Shown here piece after piece: positions 1 through 13,409 of a stretch of DNA of 64,000 bases. The notes beneath the pieces are model-generated. The model was not told the origin of the DNA. It ran no database searches and saw only the letters and a list, made by a program, of their open reading frames with translations. The position numbers were made by a program, and so were the translations under genes. Position 1 is the first letter of the stretch. Each line of letters starts with the position of its first letter. The DNA is taken from the NCBI RefSeq assembly GCF_001194135.2, contig NC_068987.1, positions 18,401,441 through 18,465,440 on the forward strand. The letters run 5' to 3'. The stretch is from Octopus bimaculoides. Lineage: Eukaryota.

Positions 1-397
1 TGAGGAAGATCTTGCATAAGAGATGAATTTCTTTTTATCTATAGCACAATGATCTGAAACATACATATTAAATGTAATTAATATATCGTTACTTGGTTTG
101 GCTTCATTATATATACACACACACGCATTCATACATACGTATATTTATATATAAACACATATGTATATATACACATATATATAAACACATATGTGTATAT
201 GTATATATGTATGTGTTTTTTGAATTTATGAATGGGTAATGTTCTCAGTACATAATCTGAAGTTTATACCTATGTCAATCTACTCAGAATTTTGAGTAAT
301 GAGGAAAAGGAAACTTTAGCTTAAAGCATAAATATAATATGTGTATGTGATGATGATGATTGAAATATATACACATATATATATATATATATATATA

Positions 398-1152
398 NNN
401 NNNNNNNNNNNNNNNNNNNNNNNNNNNNNNNNNNNNNNNNNNNNNNNNNNNNNNNNNNNNNNNNNNNNNNNNNNNNNNNNNNNNNNNNNNNNNNNNNNNN
501 NNNNNNNNNNNNNNNNNNNNNNNNNNNNNNNNNNNNNNNNNNNNNNNNNNNNNNNNNNNNNNNNNNNNNNNNNNNNNNNNNNNNNNNNNNNNNNNNNNNN
601 NNNNNNNNNNNNNNNNNNNNNNNNNNNNNNNNNNNNNNNNNNNNNNNNNNNNNNNNNNNNNNNNNNNNNNNNNNNNNNNNNNNNNNNNNNNNNNNNNNNN
701 NNNNNNNNNNNNNNNNNNNNNNNNNNNNNNNNNNNNNNNNNNNNNNNNNNNNNNNNNNNNNNNNNNNNNNNNNNNNNNNNNNNNNNNNNNNNNNNNNNNN
801 NNNNNNNNNNNNNNNNNNNNNNNNNNNNNNNNNNNNNNNNNNNNNNNNNNNNNNNNNNNNNNNNNNNNNNNNNNNNNNNNNNNNNNNNNNNNNNNNNNNN
901 NNNNNNNNNNNNNNNNNNNNNNNNNNNNNNNNNNNNNNNNNNNNNNNNNNNNNNNNNNNNNNNNNNNNNNNNNNNNNNNNNNNNNNNNNNNNNNNNNNNN
1001 NNNNNNNNNNNNNNNNNNNNNNNNNNNNNNNNNNNNNNNNNNNNNNNNNNNNNNNNNNNNNNNNNNNNNNNNNNNNNNNNNNNNNNNNNNNNNNNNNNNN
1101 NNNNNNNNNNNNNNNNNNNNNNNNNNNNNNNNNNNNNNNNNNNNNNNNNNNN
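398..1152. other. Assembly gap (others at 9408-9816, 11719-11793, 12315-12351, 56412-56850, 59152-59866, 62362-62371)
   Basis: Runs of N, mostly abutting (TA)n or poly-T. Confidence 1.
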
Positions 1153-1462
1153 TATTTTTTATTTCCCCCTAAAGACCATTTCCTGTGACTTGAATCAACC
1201 AATTTTCGTTTTTGACTTCTCGGCAGTATTACTATGAAAATGTATATAACACAATTACCCACCCACCCATCCACCCCGAACCCTTATTTCTAAATAATGT
1301 CTGTTGACAAATGTGGTGACAATAATAATGATGATGACGATGATGATAGTGGTGATGATAAACAATTATATAATTGAAAAATTATATAATAAAATTGATA
1401 ATAATTATACAATAAAAATAATTTGCTCAAATAATTTTATAGGCTTAGAGAAAGCTAGAAGA

Positions 1463-1725
1463 AATCACTTCAGTGTGTGTGTGTGTGTAGATATATGTAT
1501 GTATGTATATGTTGATATGTATGTATGTATATGTAGATATGCATGTATATATACATAGATATGTATGTATTTGTGGATATATTTATATGTAGATATATAT
1601 ATATGCATGTATATATTTGTAGGCATGTGTGTTTATAAATATATGTATTGTATATATACATGTGTGTGTGTGTGTATATCTATATATACACACATATATT
1701 TATGTGTGTGTGTATATATATATAT

Positions 1726-1787
<62 letters not shown>

Positions 1788-1790
1788 TAA
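1463..1790. repeat. Compound (TG)n/(TA)n microsatellite, one of many in the window
   Basis: Directly visible. Source of the YI/CV/HT low-complexity ORFs. Confidence 0.95.
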
Positions 1791-3641
1791 ATGTTGATGA
1801 TGATAAACCAGGTGTATTATGCATTATCTACTGCTGGGTGGCCAACAATCAGTTTAGTTTCATTTGATGCAGTGATGATGATGATGATGAAGTTTTTCTT
1901 TTCTTTTTTTTTCTTACTATTTAGTCAAAGAGGTTATCGCCTATAATCGGTTGAATCAACCTTAGTATGTAACCAGTACTTATTCATCGACCAGCCTCTT
2001 CCTCTCCCTCAACCTGATCATTATTGTCCAATGAAGCAGGGCCTTCATGTTACAGCAGTGTTAGTTCCATGAGATATTAATGCAGCATTGCTGCTAGTTC
2101 CACGGTATTGATCATTCCTTTATTGTGATCATAATTCATTAAAGTGTTATTTGGGATTTTTGTCGTCTTTCCCTGCCACCAATCCCCTCCATCCTTCCCG
2201 TCCATCCTCCCATTTCTGAGTAATCCCCAGGTTTAGAATACACAAATGTTACTGTCCATTCATACCAACAGCATTAACAACAGCAACACCACCGTAATAA
2301 AATAACATGGCTGATTTGTTTAAAACTATCAATGTGTTAATAAAGGGTAATTAGTTATTTGTTGTCTGAAAAAGAAGCATTTTGACCTCATGGAAACATT
2401 ACTTGCTCATTATTTCATTTCGAATTGATGTATATGTATGTTCTCTCTTGAAAGTTTATAAATTCTTATGATGTCAACAACATACAATTATCTCTGGTAT
2501 GAATAAAGTTTCTGAACTGGATAGAAAAATTATTCAAAGAAATGGTTTGGTCCAATGGTAGGACATCTGTCATCTTTGCAGGAGATGTGGTTTCAATCCA
2601 AAGAGTTTTTTTTCTTTTTAAACCCAGTATTTACACAATATTATTTAAAGCTTTATTTGCTTTGAGATTAACCATTCCAAAAAAGAATTGTGCATGTGTG
2701 TGTGTGTATGTGTGTTTGGATTTATGAATGAGAGAGAAGGAAAATAGTTCTTAATACACACTTATTCATTTGTTTGAAACAGAAATCAGAAACTCCTCCA
2801 GTGTTTCTTTGACATTTTTACACTGAATGTATATGTATGTTTAGCTATGTATGAATGTGTGTGTGTCTGTGTATAAATATACATATATTTATATTACACA
2901 CACACATACCATAAGAAGTCAGGAGGTAAGAGAGGTAAATATATTTATTTAAGCACTCATTATCCTTAGAATTATGGCCTTTTGCAGCCTTCATCATGTA
3001 ATAATAATTTCAGTGTATAATAAATTATTTTACATGCCTGTACTAATATACATGCTACACATTGTACAATACAATTGGTGCATACATGTAAAATAATTTG
3101 TTATACCCTGAAATTATTATTACATGATGAAGGCTGTGAAACAGCTGTAATCTTAAGGATAACAAGTGGTTAAAGAAATATATTCACCTCTCATAGCTCC
3201 TGACATTTTATGGTTTATATACTCCTCATGAAATAATTTCATTGATTGGATCTCCTGGATTTCAGCTGCATAGAATTATGCGTTATACTCCTCCATTTTG
3301 GGTTACTATATGGCATGATAGCCAGGTCCACTGGAGGAGCTCTCTGTGATAGCCACACGATTCTATTAATCTATATATACTACAAATTTATGTGTGTGTG
3401 TTTACTTTGAAAAATTTTTTGTTTTATGTTTGTTTTGCTATGCAGGCATGGGGTAGATGAATATGTCAGGTAACCAAATGGATGTGTTATAAACTACAGG
3501 TGCTAAATAATAAATATATATGTATACGTATATGATACAAGACTATACTCTGCTGGAGAGTCAAGCGTTTTGGTATTTTACTTAACAAAGAAAAAAGAGA
3601 AACACCATCTAACTGTGTTATTTATGACACACACACACTCA

Positions 3642-3676
<35 letters not shown>

Positions 3677-5508
3677 TTATGCTCAGATTACCTTTCTTCC
3701 CTCTCTGAAGAAGAAGCATTCAGACATGATGGAAACATTACTAGATTATTATTTCATTATATATTTTACTCTGAAATATTTGTGCTAGAGAAGCGATATT
3801 CCTGTACAGAAGATTTCAATTTTCCTGTTAGGTTCAGATGCAGTATTGAGTTGCTAGTTCTCTATAGACATTTGTTGCCAATTAGTTCTTTCGGGATTCT
3901 GAAATTTTCAATTATTCTGAACAAAAGTCTCCTACAGTCTACAAATGGTTGGAACTGAAATACCAAGGATCAAATTTTTAGGAAAATAGGATTTATTAAG
4001 AATATATAGTCTAATTATCCATAGTTATTTAAATCAATATTCTTTTAGCCCTTTAACATTTAAACTCGTCAGATCTGGCCCAAGTATTCTACCTATTTTA
4101 TGCTCAACCTGGTCAGATCTGGCTTCACACCTATCCTACAGTGTCATTCAAAAAATCAGGAATCACATCATCAAAATTTTGAAGCTACAAGATATGAATA
4201 AATAAGAATTACATTTCAGAGAATAATCTGCATGCTCAAGAGTTAAAGTTTCCTTCTTCATTTAGTACTGATTCCTCAACTCTTTCTTTGCCGTTTCTTT
4301 TAATAATGAGTTGATATTGGCTCCATCGTTCCAATTAAGAGAACAAGGGGCTTCAGTTTGTTTGATTTAATCATTTTGATATCAGTCCACCTGAAATTGC
4401 CTTTGGTTCTATGAGTCAAACTTTCCTGTTTTAAAGTAATCTAAATATAAGCCTTCCATCAAAGTTTCATGTTAATTTATGTTCCAAACAACAGCTGAAT
4501 AATAAATATCACAGTTATTTCACTAAATTCTTCATTATTCTTAACATTAATTACAAGAGCTCTTGTCAAACCATCCAATCCATGCCAGCATGGAAAACAG
4601 ACGTTGAATGATGATTACATATATTTATTTGGTTATATAGGATTCATAAAGAATCAAGGCATATCAATTTATAGTATGCCACCAATTGGCTAGATAGAAT
4701 CACACAGAGCAGACACTGGAGTGATCCATTATCAGTTATAAAGCAACAATGAAGATCAGTCACTGTTGTTGTGTAATTCGCAAATCCATTTGTTTACCAG
4801 TAAATCAGCACATTTGATAAAAGTTATTGTTATTAGTTAATAATAGTCTGATCCAGAACTGAATTAAACTGTTATTAAATTTTATTTATATATATATATA
4901 TAGTAATATAAGGATTCAGATAGAATCAGGTACTTGGAAAGATATGCACCAGGTAGGGTTGGATCAACTTGTGGTTCCGGCCTATGGTTGGTAAGTATCA
5001 AATAGGATATTCCGGTTGTGTACACAGAGAAATCCAACCCTATGAGTATTTAGCACCTAGGGCTGGTCCAAATCATGCATCACATTGAATTGTATGTTGG
5101 TATACTCCAGGATATCTGACAAGTTTCACAGTTAGCCCCGACAGAATTCAGCCATGTTCCTGCTGTATTCTTGGGATATTCTTTTGTTTGTAAAATTATG
5201 TTTCATCTGACGATTACAGATTTTTGTAATAAAGTAATGTTCTTATTCTTCTTTTAAAAAATACGTAAGAAACAGCTGTAATGAGCTAACATTTATCCAC
5301 TGTCTTATTATTCATTTGATTATATATATATATATATATATATACATTCAAATATGAATTAGAAGCAGTGCTGGTGTTGTAAAAATTATCAAACATGCAT
5401 ACTCAGTGTATGTTCTTTGCTTGTTTGCCAGTAGGCTGCAATTTGATGCGGTGTAGATGACTCTCTCAAAGCACTGGTGTTACAATTCCTGAAAATCATA
5501 TATATATA

Positions 5509-5888
5509 CAGGGTGTCCATAAAGTCTGGGTACATGGGGGATTAACACATACTTTAAGAAATTATTATTTCTTATATTTAATTCTTTATGTTATGATTTT
5601 ATTTACTCCATGCACCCACATGGGGATTAACACATACTTTAAGAAATTATTATTTCATATATTTAATTGTTTATGTTATGATTTTATTTACTCCATGTAC
5701 CCACATGGGGATTAACATGTACTTTAAGAAACTATTTCTTATATTTAATTGTTTATGTTATGATTTTATTTACTCCATGCATCCACATGGGGATTAACAC
5801 ATACTTTAAGAAATTATTATTTCTTATATTTAATTGTTTATCTTATAATTTTATTTACTCCATGTACCCAGACTTTGTGGACACCCTG
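5509..5888. mobile_element. Tc1/mariner-type MITE with an internal 4x about 85-bp tandem array
   Basis: 29-bp TIRs CAGGGTGTCCATAAAGTCTGGGTACATGG with 1 mismatch (5509-5537, 5860-5888), flanked by TA on both sides. Confidence 0.85.
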
Positions 5889-6243
5889 TATATAAAGACT
5901 CAGATGAACATATAAGTATATTTCTATTAAAGTGAAACAACAAAATGTCAGCTTAAATTAATATGAATGAATATTACACATTATATTAATCCATTAGCAT
6001 TTAATCCAGCCGTGTCCAGTCCAAATATTCTAGCTGGCCAAATCTGGTCTCATACCTGTCCTACGACGTCATTCTGAAAATATAGTCACATCTTTGAAAT
6101 TATTAAGCTACAAGATAATACATGATTAATTCAAAACGATATGAATAAATAAGCATTTCATTTGATAGAGTAATCTGAATGCTAAAGGATTAAGCACTGT
6201 TTGACTTTTTTTATATCGAAATCGTAATTGAACCAAATTCGAT

Positions 6244-6690
6244 GACTGGCACCTGTGCCAGTGGAGCGCTAACAGCACCGTCCGAGTGTGATCATTGCCA
6301 GAGCAGCTGTCTGGATTCCGTGCCAGTGGCACGTAAATAGCACCATTTGAGAGTGATCGTTACCAGCGTTGCCTTACTGGCACATGAAAAAACATTTGAG
6401 CAAGGTCGTTGCCAATGCTGCTGGACTGGCTCCTGTGCAGGTGGCACGTAAAAAACACCATTTTGAGTGTGGCCGTTGCCAGTACCGCCTGACTGGCCCT
6501 TGTGCTGGTGGCACGTAAAAGCACCCACTACACTCTCGGAGTGGTTGGTGTTAGGAAGGGCATCCAGCTGTAGAAACTCTGCCAGATCAGATTGGAGCCT
6601 GGTGCAGCCATCTGGTTCGCCAGTCCTCAGTCAAATCTTCCAACCCATGCTAGCATGGAAAGCAGACGTTAAACGATGATGATGATGATG
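6244..6690 (+). mobile_element. High-copy non-LTR retroelement 3' end with (GAT)n tail and reiterated 5' module
   Basis: GGCACGTAAAAGCACC...GGAAGGGCATCCAGC...GGACGTTAAACGATGATG. Related copies at about 7490, 19705, 34520, 35022 and 46072 (+), and about 28283, 32143 and 44748 (-). Confidence 0.8.
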
Positions 6691-7403
6691 AAAAGGAATG
6701 TATTTGAATGTGTGGGTGTGAAGTACAACATTTAAAGTTCTTTCTGAAAAGAAGACAAGTAATATCAGACTGAAATAATCCTTAGGGCATTTTGGCAGGG
6801 TAATCCAGACTTGTGGTACTCATAAATATTGGGTTTGCTGCTGCTGTTGTTGTTGTTGTTGTTATTGTTGTTCTCATTGTTGAATAGTTGTAGTCAGTTC
6901 ATCTAAGGCAGTTGTTGTTGGTGGTAGTGGTGGTGGTGGTTATTGTTGTTATTTGCATCTATGACTGAAAGTTTTCCAGCCATGACTCTCTCCTCTTTGT
7001 TCCATATGCAGTTTGTCTTGAACTAAATCATCCAGTGTTTTACATTGTTTCATTGTTTTGTTTTGTTTTTTTAATTTTTTGTTTTTTTTTTTCAAGACTG
7101 TAGTATGTGATTTCAGGAAAATATAGTTTGTTATTCCTAGCATGTCAGGTATCATCATAGAGCAAGCCTGGGTAATCCTTTTCAAGGAGTAGGCCACATG
7201 AAGCATGCCTCATCATCGGGTGGGCCATTCTGAAAGTCTCGTGGGCCACAGGTTATCCATGACTGTCTTAGGGACCTTTTTCTGAAGCACATCAGTCTGA
7301 CTGGCATAACACATTCCAGCATAACACATCATCTGTGTAGGAGCTGCTAAGTCACATTATCTTTGGAGACATACAACAATTTCTCTCTGTTTATCTGTGT
7401 CTA

Positions 7404-7457
<54 letters not shown>

Positions 7458-8019
7458 GGTGTGTGTGTATGTGTTGACAGTGACTTTGAAGTGGTTGGTA
7501 TTAGGAAGGGCATCCAGCTGTAGAGACTCTGCCAAATCAGATTGGAACCTGGTGTCGCCTCCTGGTTCACCAGTCCTCAGTCAAATCATCCAACCCATGC
7601 TAGCATGGAAAGCGGACGTTAAACGATGATGATGATGTGTGTGTGTGTGTGTATAAAATAACAGAAGTGGCTAGATGTAATATAGAACCAAAAAGGAAAA
7701 TTTCAATTCTCACTAATAGTGACTGAGGGTGCAAGATAGCACCTACATTGATAGAAACAAGAGTCAAAGACTCTCTTAGTACCACAAAATGCACATCGTC
7801 TATGTACTGACAGGGGAGATAACCTCCTCAACAAGTGAGGTCACTATACCAGCTAGCCAGTTTCGCTTGAAATTAAAACTCCTCAGTAGTGATACACACC
7901 GTATATATAAATATATTGTTTGTTTTTATGTTCAGTTATAATAAAAACAATTTTACATTAATCTGATGGATTACTCTATACTTTTGTAGAGTACAAATTT
8001 ATTATACTTATTCAAGAAC

Positions 8020-8104
8020 GTTGCTGACAGTGGCTTCGAAGTTTCGGCCAGCTCAGTCTGATGAGAACTCAGCTGGCTAAAACTTCAAAGTCACTGTCAA
8101 CAAC
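8020..8104. mobile_element. Penelope-like terminal fragment: inverted duplication containing a degenerate hammerhead motif
   Basis: 34-bp inverted arms (8020-8053 and 8071-8104, 5 transition mismatches) around CAGTCTGATGAGAACTC. A third arm fragment is at about 7472-7492. Confidence 0.5.
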
Positions 8105-8130
8105 ATTTTTGCGTAAGAATAACATATATA

Positions 8131-8514
8131 GGTGTAGGAGTGGCTGTGTGGTAAGTAGCTTGCTTACCAACCACATGGTTCCGGGTTCAGTCCCACTGCG
8201 TGGCACCTTGGGCAAGTGTCTTCTACTATAGCCTCGGGCCGACCAAAGCCTTGTGAGTGGATTTGGTAGACGGAAACTGAAAGAAGCTCGTCGTATATAT
8301 ATATATATATGTTTGTGTGTCTGTGTTTGTCCCCCAACATCACTTGACAACCAATGCTGGTGTGTTTACGTCCCTGTAACTTAGCAGTTCGGCAAAAGAA
8401 ACTGATAGAATAAGTACTAGGCTTCCAAAGAATAAGTCCTGAGGTTGATTTACTCAACTAAAGGCAGTTCTCCAGCATGGCCACAGTCAAAATGACTGAA
8501 ACAAGTAAAAGAGA
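8131..8514 (+). mobile_element. tRNA-derived SINE, family A
   Basis: A-box/B-box head (TGTGTGGTAAG...GGTTCAGTCCC), central (TA)n(TG)n, 3' end GACTGAAACAAGTAAAAGAG. Near-identical copies at 14546 and 48314. Confidence 0.88.
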
Positions 8515-8969
8515 AAAAGTATATATATATATAACGGTCTGTGTGAAGGGATTAATATAATTAGAATGTAGAAAGTATTAAAAAGGGTATCAGTGAAAAT
8601 TTTGTGTAACTAGCAAGGATCCATCAGCAAATATAAAACAAATATTGACAGTAAATACATACACTATATAGGATAATTTTGTTTGCTGCACGAACGAAGA
8701 GGAGTTTGACATTTCATGCAAAGCAGCTTCATCGGTAGAGTAAAACATTAATACCATTCTTATTGATGAACATGATTGTTAATTTCTTGTTCTTAGTCTC
8801 TTTTTTTTTTTTATATATATTCTTATTTCTATAATTAATTACCTTTGTCCAAAACAACAGACTTCTTGGCTTCCTTACATAGAATTTATTCCACTTTTGT
8901 GAACTGTTTGTGCATAATGTATGGATGCCTTTGTGTGCATGTACATAGATATAATACCCTAACCACTAA

Positions 8970-9256
8970 GTGCAGCTTAGTGGTTAGGGTGTTCAGCTCA
9001 CAATCGTAAGGTCATGAGTTCAATTCCTGGCAGTGCGTTGTGTCTATCAGCAAGACATTTAATTTCATATTGTACACGTAGTCCAAAGGGCCAGTCTTGT
9101 CACATTCTGTGTCATGCTGAATCTCCCTGAGAACTACGTTAAGGGTATACGTGTCTGTGGAGTGCTCAGCCACTTACATATTAATTCTACAAGCAGACTG
9201 TTCCATTGATTTGATCAACTGGAACCCTCATCATCATAATTGAAAGAATGCCAGCA
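8970..9256 (+). mobile_element. tRNA-derived SINE, family E, degenerate
   Basis: Shares AAAGGGCCAG...GAACTACGTTAAGGGTA...GAGTGCTCAGCC with the copy at 29977-30358. Confidence 0.7.
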
Positions 9257-10079
9257 TATATATATATATATATATATATGCAGCCTTTTGGCTTGCCAGT
9301 CCTCAGTCAAATCGTCCAATCCATGCTAGCATGGAAAGCAAACATTAAAAGATGATGATGTGTGTGTGTGTGGTTTTTTTTTTTTATTAAAACTGCGACT
9401 TGAGTTGNNNNNNNNNNNNNNNNNNNNNNNNNNNNNNNNNNNNNNNNNNNNNNNNNNNNNNNNNNNNNNNNNNNNNNNNNNNNNNNNNNNNNNNNNNNNN
9501 NNNNNNNNNNNNNNNNNNNNNNNNNNNNNNNNNNNNNNNNNNNNNNNNNNNNNNNNNNNNNNNNNNNNNNNNNNNNNNNNNNNNNNNNNNNNNNNNNNNN
9601 NNNNNNNNNNNNNNNNNNNNNNNNNNNNNNNNNNNNNNNNNNNNNNNNNNNNNNNNNNNNNNNNNNNNNNNNNNNNNNNNNNNNNNNNNNNNNNNNNNNN
9701 NNNNNNNNNNNNNNNNNNNNNNNNNNNNNNNNNNNNNNNNNNNNNNNNNNNNNNNNNNNNNNNNNNNNNNNNNNNNNNNNNNNNNNNNNNNNNNNNNNNN
9801 NNNNNNNNNNNNNNNNCCCTAACTCTTTGAAACGCTTAGTTTTAGAATGGTGGCAGCTGATGAAGGAAATGTTCTCTATGTGGCCTGTGTGTTTTCTGTA
9901 CTCCGTTTATCATTTTGTCCACGTTTTTTTTGCAACGTCCTGTACCCAGATATGCATCTATATATACATGTAGATGTAGGTATGTACATATATGTACGTA
10001 TATATGCATATATTCATATATTATTTATATTATATATATATATATATATATTGGTTGAGCCAGCCTCTTGACACTATAG

Positions 10080-10300
10080 CAGTGTTTCTCAACCAGGTTT
10101 CCCCAAGGTTCTACAAGAAAGAGTAAGATATGCTAATTTCATGATCATAATATTACTGTACATGCACAACATATTGGTTATTGTAATATTGTAATAATAT
10201 AGGCATCATCCCATCTAACCTATTATGTTATCAAAAAAATATAACAACCATTGGGGGACATATTTAGTGATGTCTGTAATTTATGGACACCATGTATATA

Positions 10301-10341
<41 letters not shown>

Positions 10342-10493
10342 AATATAGCTAGATAGATGATATTTAGCACAAGAGCTATGATGAGAAAGATATGGTGTAT
10401 AATTTTTTTTTTTTTTTTTTTTTTGTGCAGGGGACCCTTGAGACATAATTTATTTTAAGGGTTCTGCAAGGGTAAAAAGGTTGAGAAACACTG
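10080..10493. mobile_element. hAT (Charlie-like) MITE
   Basis: TIRs CAGTGTTTCTCAACC / GGTTGAGAAACACTG. Imperfect 8-bp TSD CACTATAG / CTCTGTAG. Confidence 0.75.
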
Positions 10494-10957
10494 CTCTGTA
10501 GTTTCATGTGTGCATGCAGAAGGCCATCAAGCATGAATGCACAGGTACAACTCAGTATAGTAAGAGACTGACTTTGCCCAAATTAAAACGTTAGTAATCT
10601 CTACAATGGCTCTGGGTACTCTATCTTTCGACAGTCAGTGCTCAACAGATATTTGTGTGTGTGTGTGTGTTGAAACAAATATGGTGAAGTCACTTGGAAT
10701 AAAAAGACTCAAAATATTACGACAGACTCAATCTATTTTAGTAATGTAATGAATGTAACAACAAAGGTTCATCTGCTATACACTTGTGTGAATGTGTGTG
10801 AGAATGAGGGAGAAAGGGTAGAAGAAGCAAAAATAATAAAAACTAGACATGTTCAGAATAAAAAATTAGTTTGCTATTCTGAAAAATGGAAGTAGTTAAT
10901 TATTATGTTCTAGATATTGTACTTTGGAATATTGGTGTTAACTGACAAAAGAAGAAA

Positions 10958-10996
<39 letters not shown>

Positions 10997-11793
10997 TTAG
11001 TAAATGGAGTAAAACGCATATGTTAACTCCATTTACTAAATTTTACTCCATTTACGAAATTTATATATTTACTCAAGTACCCAAAATAACAAGGAGTTTC
11101 CACCTCATAAACAGGAGTTACACCACAGCCATTTTGTGATCTTTGCTACCCTGATATCTATTAACCAATTTATTTTGTCCGAGTTAATTATTAACTAAGA
11201 GAAAATAAATACATATAATAAAATATATATATATAAAGTATTAGTGGCTCATTATCATGAGTTCAAATCAAAGTCCTGATGTCTAATAAGCAAATAATAA
11301 TAATAATAATAATCGGTATTAAGATTTTAAAAAATAAAAATATTAAAAGCAGGTAAATTTGAAATCTAGCCAGTGTTGTCATTCCTTCAAGAGAGAAAAA
11401 TGAAATAAAAAGTTAACGAACATGAGTACACAGGTGACAGAGCAAAGAGGTGAAATGTGACTCAATAAACTGCTATATGATGCCTCTTTGGTAATGTCCA
11501 CCTTGTACTTAGTCCCCTTTAATACCAACCTGCCCAAGACTATTCCTGGTTCTATGATACAAACTCTTGTTTTAAAGTGATCTAAATTAAAGCAAATAAA
11601 ACTTCCATCAAAATTTTATATGTTAAAGTTTTTGTTCTAAATATCAGCTTAATTGACAATGTTATTTTACTAAATTCTTTTTTCTTTTTCTTTTTTTTTT
11701 TTTTTTTTTTTTTTTTTTNNNNNNNNNNNNNNNNNNNNNNNNNNNNNNNNNNNNNNNNNNNNNNNNNNNNNNNNNNNNNNNNNNNNNNNNNNN

Positions 11794-11829
<36 letters not shown>

Positions 11830-11914
11830 CCTCATACAAATCAAAGAATTCTTTGCCGATTGATATCTTGAGATAGCTGCCAATCTCTAAATAATTTCAT
11901 CATCATTGTTATTA

Positions 11915-11951
<37 letters not shown>

Positions 11952-12269
11952 TACTACTACTACTACTATTACTTGCAGTATTGAGATTACCAGAGACTAA
12001 GTCTTTGGATCAGTTCTTGTCACATTCCAGGTAATAAACGTCTGTCAAATTGCATCCTGCCCTTCTAACTGCATTTTGGCCTCAAAGGTTACTGAATAGT
12101 TCTTTGTGTTATTTTTTTTTTTTTCTTTTTGACAATCTGCTGTAATATGAAGAAGTTAATGCAAGAGGAAGGTGCCAATTGTCTCAACAAACCATTGTAT
12201 AAATACTGTATGTTTGTATGTGTGTGTGTATATATATATGTATACATTTATATATATATATATGTACAC

Positions 12270-12314
<45 letters not shown>

Positions 12315-12351
12315 NNNNNNNNNNNNNNNNNNNNNNNNNNNNNNNNNNNNN

Positions 12352-13409
12352 TGGCATGCAAAAGATCAACCTTCTCTTTTTTTTATTTCAGTGGATTCCT
12401 ATGTTTTTCAAGGAAGATTCTGAATATGCCAAAAACCATTTTTTCAAAATTTTAAATTCCCCCTTTCCCACCCCAAATTTTTAAATTTTAACTTTTTTCG
12501 AATTTTTCAAATTTTCAATCAGAAAACTCCATAATTGATTCATACACACCTCGCCACCCCATCCCACTGTCTAAAAGTGAAAATGAACGGCTTGTGTGTT
12601 TGTGTGTGCACATGCAAATGAACAGAGAGAGAAAATACATCGAAATATATTTTACATACCTGTCGTATATGTCAGTTTTGCTTTTTCACTTTTAAGGTAA
12701 ACGATCCTGATAGAAGCAAACACGATATTCAATAATGTTTGTGCTCTTCATTCAGAAAGAATAAAAATTATGTGGGACTTCATTCATGTGTATCTGCATG
12801 CAGGTATGTGGGGTGGGGGGAGTGCACTAGGAAAATATTTACGGAAAGGTTTTGATAAAAATTCTATGAAAATAAGTTATCTTTATATGCCATATTTACA
12901 ATTCTCCACACATACCTGCATGTGGATACACATGAATGAAGTCTCAGGAAGTTTTTATTCTTTCTGAATGAAGAGCACAAACATTGAATATCGTGTTTGC
13001 TTCTATCAGGACCATTTACCTTTGAAGTGAAAAGACAAAACCGACGTATATAACAGGTATGTAAGACATATTTCGGTGTATTTTCTCTGTTCATTCATAC
13101 GTGCACACACAAATACACAAGCTGTTCATTTTCACTTGTAGGGGTGTATAAATCAATTTTGGAATTTTCTCATAGAAAATTTGAAATTAATTATTATTTT
13201 TTCCATATTCTTAATCTCCATATTTTCCCACATAGATTGGAAAAAAAAAATTCAAAAAAAGTTAAAATTTTTAAATTTGGCGTGGGGAGGGGGTAGTTAT
13301 AATTTTAAAAATATGGTTTTGGGCATATTCAGAATCTATGTCATTGAAAACATAGGAATCCACTGAAAATTTTTTTTTTAAAAAAAAGGTCAATTTTTGC
13401 ATGCCAGTG
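12352..13409. mobile_element. About 1.06-kb fold-back DNA element
   Basis: Diverged inverted arms about 12352-12810 and about 12909-13406 with a spacer of about 100 bp. Right end GCATGCCAGTG|TA. The left terminus is hidden in the N-gap after (TA)n. Confidence 0.8.

Noticed and set aside
321-1867. Long ORFs spanning N-gaps or made of YI/CV/HT repeats (also near 9360, 12129-12484, 59102-59943, 62143, 63681)
   Set aside because: They are translations of gaps and (TA)n/(TG)n microsatellites.
3197-3349. 50-codon open frame after an AG (LLTFYGLYTPHEII...HWRSSL*), plus a 24-nt exon-like piece near 3446-3469
   Set aside because: No recognisable homology and no consistent phase chain to other exons. 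The opposite strand gives an equally plausible frame.
5534-5866. CRISPR-like array
   Set aside because: The units are near-identical with no unique spacers, lie inside a MITE, and the DNA is eukaryotic.
6467-6679. Recurrent ORF WHVKAPTTLSEWL...QPMLAWKADVKR (also 7363, 19665, 34483)
   Set aside because: It is a by-product of the high-copy retroelement 3' end, not a gene family.
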